From assembly GCA_016748015.1 (NCBI GenBank), contig JAAOMT010000448.1, positions 205,758 through 212,206 of the forward strand: a stretch of DNA of 6,449 nt, given 5' to 3'. This document shows positions 1 through 6,449 of this stretch, in pieces (position 1 is the stretch's first letter; each line of letters begins with the position of its first letter). Below the pieces are notes generated by a model. The model ran no database searches. It saw only the letters and a list, made by a program, of their open reading frames with translations, and was not told the origin of the DNA. The position numbers and the translations under genes were made by a program. The stretch is from Geosiphon pyriformis uo1 (Eukaryota; Fungi; Glomeromycota).

Positions 1-1405
1 AATCCTTTCCGCAAGAGCATCCAGGGCTATTTTGGAAATCATTACTTACCATTTTAATACTATTATCGCCAAATTGAGGTCCATGAACTAAGCCACCAAA
101 AGGTCCATATTTGCCAATAAATTTACTAAGTTTGGCATTTTCAGCTTTGCCATCTCCAAGGGAAAATATAAAACTTCCTTTTCCATCTATGTGACTGTCA
201 CGAGAATGCCAAGATTGTGGGTTATACCCGCCGATCAGTTGACCAGTTTCTTTCACTTTAATAACACTCATTGTTGCTCCTTTATCATCGCATAATCGAT
301 GAAAATCGGCTGGAGTAAATCCGTCTCGACTGCCTCGAAGTAACAAATTAAAGCTATTTCCAAGTTGGCTTTGAAAAGGAGTATTTTCATCTTTGCCCTG
401 AATCCAGTGATCAAGCTGCCTCATATTATGCGTTTTAAGAAGCTTCGATTCAATATTTTTTCGAAAACGAAATGGCTGAGCGTCTACTGACTTTTGATGA
501 CTCCCCGGTACTAGATAATGTTGTAAAAGATCTTCATATAAATTTCCGGGTAGAATTCTCCCAAATGGCTTCACTTTGTGATAGAAGTCAACCGAAGTTA
601 TGTGGAAGAACCGGATTAAAGGTAGAATCTCTTTGATTGATTCCTTAAACATTTCAAAATTTTCATCTGTCCATTTTAGAATTTCTTCTGGCTTAATCTT
701 GTTACCTAATTTAGCAACTCCCCATTCCACAATCTTTTCCCATATTTCTGATTCTTCCATCTTAAGGTCATCTCGGGATAAAATCCAAGAAAGAAAACTT
801 TTATTGAGGGAGGTGAAATCTTGGGATAGAAAGATCAGAGTTGGATTGGTAGCAGCGATTTGGGCGCAGAACTCTTGTAGCTTTTTGAACGAATCATGGG
901 AAAATGATGTTTCAAGCACAGAGACAAAGTTTTCTTTTAGCTCTTGTGCATGATTTTCAATTAGATAGTCTTCCAGGTAGCTAATAAGATTTTTCAAAAT
1001 GAGCTCGTCAGCAGCAACAAGTAATTCCAAGATTGTAAGTATTCCATGTTGTTCAAGAGAAATTTCGCCATTATAAATATATCTATCCAAAAAATAAATC
1101 AGGTGAAGCAGCTACATTAATACATTTAAGGCAACTAAACACACTTACCTAAGAATCATCTCAAAAATTCTGGGTGATATATTGGGGTTAGCGAGGATAA
1201 TATGATTATTTTCTCTTTTAATACTATCATTTGAGAGAGCTCCAGCAAAATATAATGATCTCGCTGCTAAAATTTGTGAATGAGCATGAAAGGTTCTAGC
1301 ATTAGGGGCTTTGCCGACGAGAATTCTAACATCAGAGAAATCTTGGCTATTTAATAATCTCCCAAGATCGTGAGATAAAGCGAGAAAGAATTCTTTGGGT
1401 GCCAT
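1..1405 (-). CDS. BTB/POZ-BACK-TLDc domain protein, 3'-partial; join(complement 1149..1405, <1..1082), 446 aa visible
   Basis: Manual translation. Exon 1: MAPKEFFLALSHDLGRLLNSQDFSDVRILVGKAPNARTFHAHSQILAARSLYF... (BTB signature SDV-x-I-x-VG...F-x-AH-x-x-IL-x-x-RS-x-YF). Splicing restores ...FEMILR|YIYNGEISL...LLVAADEL. BACK-like region follows: KLQEFC...LSRDDLKMEESEIWEKIVEWG...LPLIRF. TLDc begins near nt 454: LLLRGSRDGFTPADFHRLCDDKGATMSVIKVKETGQLIGGYNPQSW...SFIFSL...GPQFG. Exon 2 has 360 codons with no stop and runs off the window, which is probably why the ORF track omitted it. Confidence 0.95.
1083..1148 (-). other. Spliceosomal intron of the BTB-BACK-TLDc gene (66 nt, phase 2)
   Basis: Donor AG|GTAAGT at 1148, branch-point-like CTGAT at 1102-1098, T-rich tract, acceptor TAG at 1083. 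Removing it eliminates the in-frame TAA and creates codon AGA (R) within the conserved BTB motif ILR-YIY-x-G. Confidence 0.93.
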
Positions 1406-1461
1406 TAGTAACAAAAATATTGATAACTTAATATATGCATTTTAGAGAAAGGTCTTTCCCA

Positions 1462-1469
1462 TTTTTATA
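1462..1469 (-). promoter_or_regulatory. Putative TATA box of the BTB-BACK-TLDc gene
   Basis: TATAAAAA on the minus strand, ending about 56 nt upstream of the ATG at 1405. The AT-rich background makes chance matches common. Confidence 0.4.
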
Positions 1470-1512
1470 CTAATATTGCTATGAAGATCATTGATTAAGA
1501 AGGTATAATTAA

Positions 1513-1533
1513 TACATGTACTTATAAGTACTT
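1513..1533. repeat. Nested palindromes: perfect 14-bp GTACTTATAAGTAC (1518-1531) overlapped by TACATGTA (1513-1520) and AAGTACTT (1526-1533)
   Basis: Read directly; each string equals its own reverse complement. Function unknown. Confidence 0.7.
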
Positions 1534-3611
1534 TTATACTATCTTTTAAGAAAATCCAAATTAAAACTAAAATTATTGAATTAGTTTATTTTATCTTAAA
1601 TTACTATATTAATATATTGCAAAAAAAAGAAAATATTTTAATTTTTATTTAGTAGATGGCACAAAAATCAAGGTCTAATTTAATAATCTGGGTTTTATTT
1701 TATGTAAAGTTTAGGTTATAAAAAAGTGAGATAGAAATTCGATTGAGTTTTGAATATTAAACATAGTAAGTTCATTCAATGGGATGACTTCAAACAAATG
1801 TTGGTATAAAAATTTTCAAGGAAATTAAAAGTTAAAACAAAGCAATAATATTCAAAACCATAATTTAAAACACAAAAAACATTTTTTTTTTTCAAGCCAG
1901 CTAAAAAATAATCGCATCCAATACAAAATATATTAAAATAGGTTTTGGATAAAAAAGTGTATTATAATTTCAATAGTAAGTAGTTTTTTTATAAATTTAA
2001 GTTTCGTTTTTTATAATGTCATTTAATATTTATTGATTTTCTATTTATAGATTTTTATAAAATTATTTCTATATAAATACTAGAAACATCACTTGTTCAA
2101 TGTTTTATTCTTTTAATACTTTTGTTTCTTAAGTCTTTATTCAAAAATTTCTTTTTTAGGAAATACTTTAGCTGCCTTACAAATATGATCAATTTTTTCA
2201 TCTTATTCTTTTTTAAGGAGTGTATAGTCCTATTATTTAACTTCATATATTTTATAAAGTAATATCTGACATGAAAAGCAAACACCAAGAGCATCTGTCA
2301 TTACCCCCATATGTAAGAACAAAGAGCTAGAATAAATCCGTTTTTTACATGTTTTACCCTATATTTTTTCTTTTGTATCCTGAAATCTCATTCGAACTTC
2401 TGGACCATCATTTATAACTCTGATCTCCCTTACAGTTAGACTTCATATTTAAAAAGCAATTTTGACATTTTTATGGGGTGTGCCCCTGAATCTGCACCAT
2501 TTTACTTATTTTATTCCAAATGAGAAAGAGACAAAAAATTATATGCAAATACCTTAATCTTTGGAAATCTTCGAACGTTTCACAGGCGTCTATAAACAAT
2601 GAGAAATTTGTTGGATATTTTGCAAACGCTCTATTTTTGTCAGGGATGACCTGTGCGAACTTTTCTTAAATTCCACTAAAGAAAATTTAATGGCTTCTAA
2701 AAAGGAGAGAAGATCGTTTTTTGTTTAAAAAATTTTCGCCAAGAGCTAAGCCACCGCAAGTTCACTTTTATGTAAGTATATGTATGTACATATATGGATG
2801 ACGAATGTCTTTGTGTCTTAGATAAAAGTGGTTAGCATTATAATGAAACTCGTTCATGTGACACTTTTGTCCAATATCATAAATTGAATGGCAAATCGCG
2901 AAAATATAATAATGCACACTGTTATCACAATAAATTTAATCAGTCACAGGATATAGAAGTATAATCATTTCGAATTTATTTTAAAAATATAATTAAGTGA
3001 GCTCTTATCAATACTAATTATATAGCCCCATTGGAATGTATTTTATTATGAGAAACTCTCAAATGTAGGAAATATAGTTAAAAAGAAAAATTTTCATTCA
3101 ATCCCTTTATAAAATAAATTTATGTGTTATTATATTTTGTATAAATTTTGAAATGGTTTCATATTTTAAAAAGTTTAAACTTATTGAAATTTTCTTTCAA
3201 CCATAATAGTTTTTATTTGAATAAAATTGTTCTTTGAAGATTCATACTTTATTTTAAACATATTACTTTATCTTTATTTTAGAAAATTAACTTAAATTTA
3301 TAATTCTACAATTATATATTCTCACTGCCTATTTATAGCTTGTAGCACTAGGGCTTCTTTCATTACCTTGAAAAAGTAAAATCTATAACCCGCTTTTTAT
3401 TACACAAATTAAAACCATTATTTTTCTAAGAAAGCCATTTATTTTATTTTTGTAACCCTTATTATAGCTGACTAAGACAATGCACCTTTTATTGTGATTC
3501 TTTTTTTTTTTAGGAGGAAAGCGAGTTAACCATGTTTCGAAAAATTTACAGGAACAGAATGCCTTCAATTTAAAATAAATTAAGTAATAGTTTTTAGAAA
3601 ATTCACATTTC

Positions 3612-3619
3612 TATATAAA
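3612..3619 (+). promoter_or_regulatory. Putative TATA box of the small membrane-protein gene
   Basis: TATATAAA(AG) matches TATAWAWR and ends 59 nt upstream of the ATG at 3679. Confidence 0.4.
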
Positions 3620-3678
3620 AGGTTAAACCCTCCCCATAATGGTTAAAACCGATATTTGATTTTTAAATTAATAAAATC

Positions 3679-4096
3679 ATGGAAAATCCTCTCAATGAAG
3701 TAATAACTGAAAACTATGATAATGATTCCTTATATAATATGGGAGAACAAATATTTGAGCTCAAGGATTCTTACCTAAAAGATGTGCGAGAAAATAGTGA
3801 ACTTAGTAAGAATATTTTTAAAATTCTTTAAAATTTATATAAATTTTAATATTGACTAAAATTAATTTTGATCCCAAGATTGTTGTGTATGGAAGGGGTT
3901 TTTTTGTAATTTCAAGGGAACCAACTTAGTAGGTTGCGTTGTAGCTTACTTTATTATTTTATTCTCAACCTTTTGTGTTCTAATCGAAATTTTAAGATCG
4001 AAGGTAATTACAATTTTTTAATAATAATTACTATGCTATATGAGGAATATAAAAATTTTCCCTTCCCAGTTGTTTTTTTCATTACTTCTTTCATAA
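3679..4096 (+). CDS. Hypothetical small single-pass (possibly tail-anchored) membrane protein, ~92 aa; join(3679..3805,3879..4003,4070..4096)
   Basis: ATG in good context (aaaatcATGG). Model: MENPLNEVITENYDNDSLYNMGEQIFELKDSYLKDVRENSEL-N-CCVWKGFFCNFKGTNLVGCVVAYFIILFSTFCVLIEILRSK-LFFSLLLS*. Intron 1 is 3806-3878 (73 nt, GTAAGA...AAG, very AT-rich). Intron 2 is 4004-4069 (66 nt, AAG|GTAATT...TTTTCCCTTCCCAG). Phases are compatible and exons 1-2 are visibly GC-richer than intron 1. No homolog recognised, and the first acceptor (AAG) is weaker than YAG. Confidence 0.5.
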
Positions 4097-4206
4097 AAAA
4101 AATAAAGAAATCAAGTGCTGAGTAAGAGACTTTATTTAATATAGTGATCTTTTTGAATTTAAAATTAAAATGAATTTTTAAAGAATCCAGTATTTCAAAT
4201 TAAACG

Positions 4207-5547
4207 AATTCTTCTAATCAAACTTTGCTTCTTTTTATATTTTAGGAAATAATTTAAAACTCACTATTACTATTCTTATTCTTATTATTGCTAATCAAAT
4301 CTTACTTAATTGATATAAAATTAATATTTAAACATAGATATAATTAATATTTAAATTTAATATCATTTTAAATTATTTCATTCAAGTTTTTACTTTAGAA
4401 TTTTAATCTGTTTTTATAATTTATAATAAAAATAAAATAACAAATAATGCAAAAATATTATAATTAATCATAATTTATTAGTTAATTAAATTTAAAATTA
4501 AAAAATACATAATAAAATAGGTATTTATAAATTTATATTCTACAAAATTTATAAATTTTTTTATTAATCAAAAAAATTATTGTTTTTTGTAAAGTTTGTT
4601 AAACTAAATTAATAAAATTTTTTTTGGTTGTACTGTTTTTGAAATTAATAAATATGTTTGCTTTTAGATTTTAATTATTAACTATAAAATTTTTTTTTGG
4701 TTTGTTTAATTACTCTTTTAAGAATTTTATTATTTTTAAAGTTTTTTTTAATTGGTTTGCTAATTTGGTATTTTAAGTCAGCATTGTTATTTATCTTTTA
4801 TTATATAATTTGGATTTATCTTATATTATTGCCAAAAAAATATATAATTTTAAATTAGACTATTTATAATTAAAATTAAAAAACCCAACAAAATTGGTAA
4901 AATTAATGATTGAAAAACTTGGATTTTTGGTAAAATAATTATTTTTTTATAAAAACTAGAATTTTTGTTGTTATAAATATTAAACCACATTTTAAATTAA
5001 TTGTAATAAGTTATAATAAAAAAATAATGTTATATAAAGATACAATAAAAAAATAAATTTTTGTTTTATATATATAAAAAATATTTAAATTACACTTTTT
5101 AAAGTGTAAAAAAATTCATATTTAGAAAATTATAATTATACTTTACAAAATTAAAAAATATTTTGTTAATTTGGTCAAATTAATAAATTATTTGTTAAAA
5201 ATTAAAAAATTAAAAATTTTGTTAAATTTTATCTATTATTTAAATTTGTATAATATATAATTTTTTAAATAATTATAAATAAAAAACAAAATAATTAAGA
5301 AACTTGAATTTGTAAAATATTACAAAAACCAACATATATTAATATTTATTTCTTTGTATTAAATATTTAACATTAAACAAAATAAAATAATTAAAAACTT
5401 AAACCCAAAATATTATAATATGCAAAATTATTATATATTTAAAAATATAAACCAAAAACTAATATAATTTTTAGAAATCTAATTTTATTAATAATAATAA
5501 AATTCAATTCAATTATAATATTTCAGTTATAATATTCAAATGTAACT
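4207..5547. other. Extremely AT-rich, CpG-free tract; probable decayed repeat or transposon relic
   Basis: Manual count gives about 132 G+C in 4321-5520 (~11% GC). No CG dinucleotide occurs between those at 4205 and 5548, while about 8 GC dinucleotides are present. No terminal repeats identified. Confidence 0.55.
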
Positions 5548-6120
5548 CGAAATTCCAATAATTTAATTGACTTAGAATTCAGAGCATTTTTTTTATTGAG
5601 CTTATCATATTCATGATAAAATACAAGTCAAAATACCTTTCAGACCTTTTATAACATTATATTGTTTACTCTATCCTCCAAAACCTTTTTCATTTCGTAA
5701 ATTTAAATTTCAAGAATCGAATCAAATTAATAAATTAATAAATAATTTAAATCCAAGGATCCTTTTAAATAAAATAGAATGTTTCTTATGCTTATTTTTT
5801 ATGTCATATTGTAGCTTTGACAATGTGTACTATTTAATTCTTATTATTTTAACCTTAAATTATCCATTATATTTTTTATATTTGTGCTCATAATTTCCTT
5901 GAGTGAGTATTGAGCATTAAAGGGACTACTTTTATCAAATTAAGCCTTTCCTCATTAATGCTACAAGACTGCAGTTTTAAAGGAGAACTTTCATTGGAAT
6001 ATTATTTTAATAAACTTTTTTATTTCTCTTTAGAATTCAATTAGAAATTCTCAATGCTTATATGCTATAGTCTTCCTTAAAGTTGTACTTGAAAATGAGT
6101 GAGTGTGTTGATATTATGAG
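5520..6120 (-). pseudogene. Possible decayed coding relic of unknown family
   Basis: GC is higher than in the adjacent tract. One minus frame gives protein-like runs broken by stops: FDKSSPFNAQYSLKEIMSTNIKNIMDNLRLK**ELNSTHCQSY...YEMKKVLEDRVNNIML*KV*KVF*LVFYHEYDKLNKKNALNSKSIKLLEFRVTFEYYN*. No diagnostic motif, and other frames also give plausible runs. Confidence 0.25.
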
Positions 6121-6449
6121 ATCAAATCTGAAAGCTAGGCGAAAGTCATAAAATTTGCTAATAATCATCGGTGATTATATAAATTGAAATTACATGTTAA
6201 AAGAGATGAAATTTTAGGTATTTATTTTATATAAAGATAAGGAATACTCATATAAAAAATATTCAATAAAATAATCATTTCTTGATATTCCTCAAAAATG
6301 CTTAAGAAATCGAGACATTAGATATTTATTTGAGTTTTTATGAAAAATAGTATAGTTCATTAATAGTTTATTATTAGTTCCATTATGTTTTTTATCTTAT
6401 TATTTTTTGGAAACTTAGGCTTATCTATAATATAATTCTTCTTTTTATT

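Noticed and set aside
44-50. Perfect donor-like G|GTAAGT on the minus strand near the end of TLDc
   Set aside because: The frame stays open through it (KMVSNDFQNSPGCSCGKD) and fits the expected continuation of TLDc after GPQFG. No acceptor can be evaluated within the window, so I treated it as coding; a second intron is not fully excluded.
600-953. 117-aa plus-strand ORF in the track
   Set aside because: Antisense shadow of exon 2 of the BTB-BACK-TLDc gene; no recognisable features.
1145-1414. 89-aa ORF as a stand-alone protein starting at 1414
   Set aside because: It is exon 1 read into the intron. The 1414 start is TTG; the first in-frame ATG is at 1405.
2097-2294. 65-aa minus-strand ORF
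   Set aside because: K/I/L/F-rich translation of AT-rich low-complexity DNA; no motif or other support.
2475-2486. GGGG-TGTG-CCCC hairpin as a Helitron 3' end or terminator
   Set aside because: The stem is only 4-5 bp, with no CTRR terminus at the expected distance.
3511-3517. TAGGAGG Shine-Dalgarno-like motif
   Set aside because: The context is eukaryotic (spliceosomal introns); it is better explained as an acceptor AG plus exon start.
3383-3568. 61-aa minus-strand ORF
   Set aside because: TTG start, poly-K derived from a T homopolymer, no support.
3934-4125. 63-aa plus-strand ORF in the track
   Set aside because: TTG start, out of frame with the spliced model, and it crosses the predicted second intron.
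4580-5460. Large fold-back or MITE suggested by opposite strand skews
   Set aside because: I could not align the two arms beyond short low-complexity matches; no terminal inverted repeats or target-site duplication found.
5175-5737. 16-bp direct repeat TCAAATTAATAAATTA at 5175 and 5722 as a target-site duplication or LTR remnant
   Set aside because: Almost pure A/T in a very AT-rich region; the similarity does not extend.
5735-5790. RNILFYLKGSLDL resembling the Ty1/Copia KRILRYLKGT motif
   Set aside because: The flanking RPDI and Y-x-DADWAG motifs are not recognisable, so no family assignment is justified.

Overview
AT-rich eukaryotic DNA, most likely from an arbuscular mycorrhizal fungus (Glomeromycotina). 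This is inferred from the gene family, the short GT-AG introns and the base composition. The left end carries a spliced minus-strand gene for a BTB/POZ-BACK-TLDc protein: ATG at 1405, a 66-nt intron at 1083-1148, and exon 2 open to the window edge (446 aa visible). The ORF track shows only its first exon. On the plus strand I can assemble an unannotated 3-exon gene (3679-4096) for a ~92-aa protein with an acidic N-terminus, Cys residues and a C-terminal transmembrane helix. It lies behind a TATA box at almost the same spacing as that of the BTB gene. The rest is non-coding or decayed: a ~1.3-kb tract of ~89% AT with no CpG (about 4207-5547) that looks like a mutationally eroded element, a possible coding relic at about 5520-6120, and an island of splice-like signals at about 2270-2890. 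I found no rRNA, tRNA, CRISPR array or intact transposon. The most interesting leads are the BTB-BACK-TLDc architecture (a possible Cullin-3 adaptor with a V-ATPase-binding-type domain) and the hidden small membrane-protein gene. Neither is proven to be a new system.
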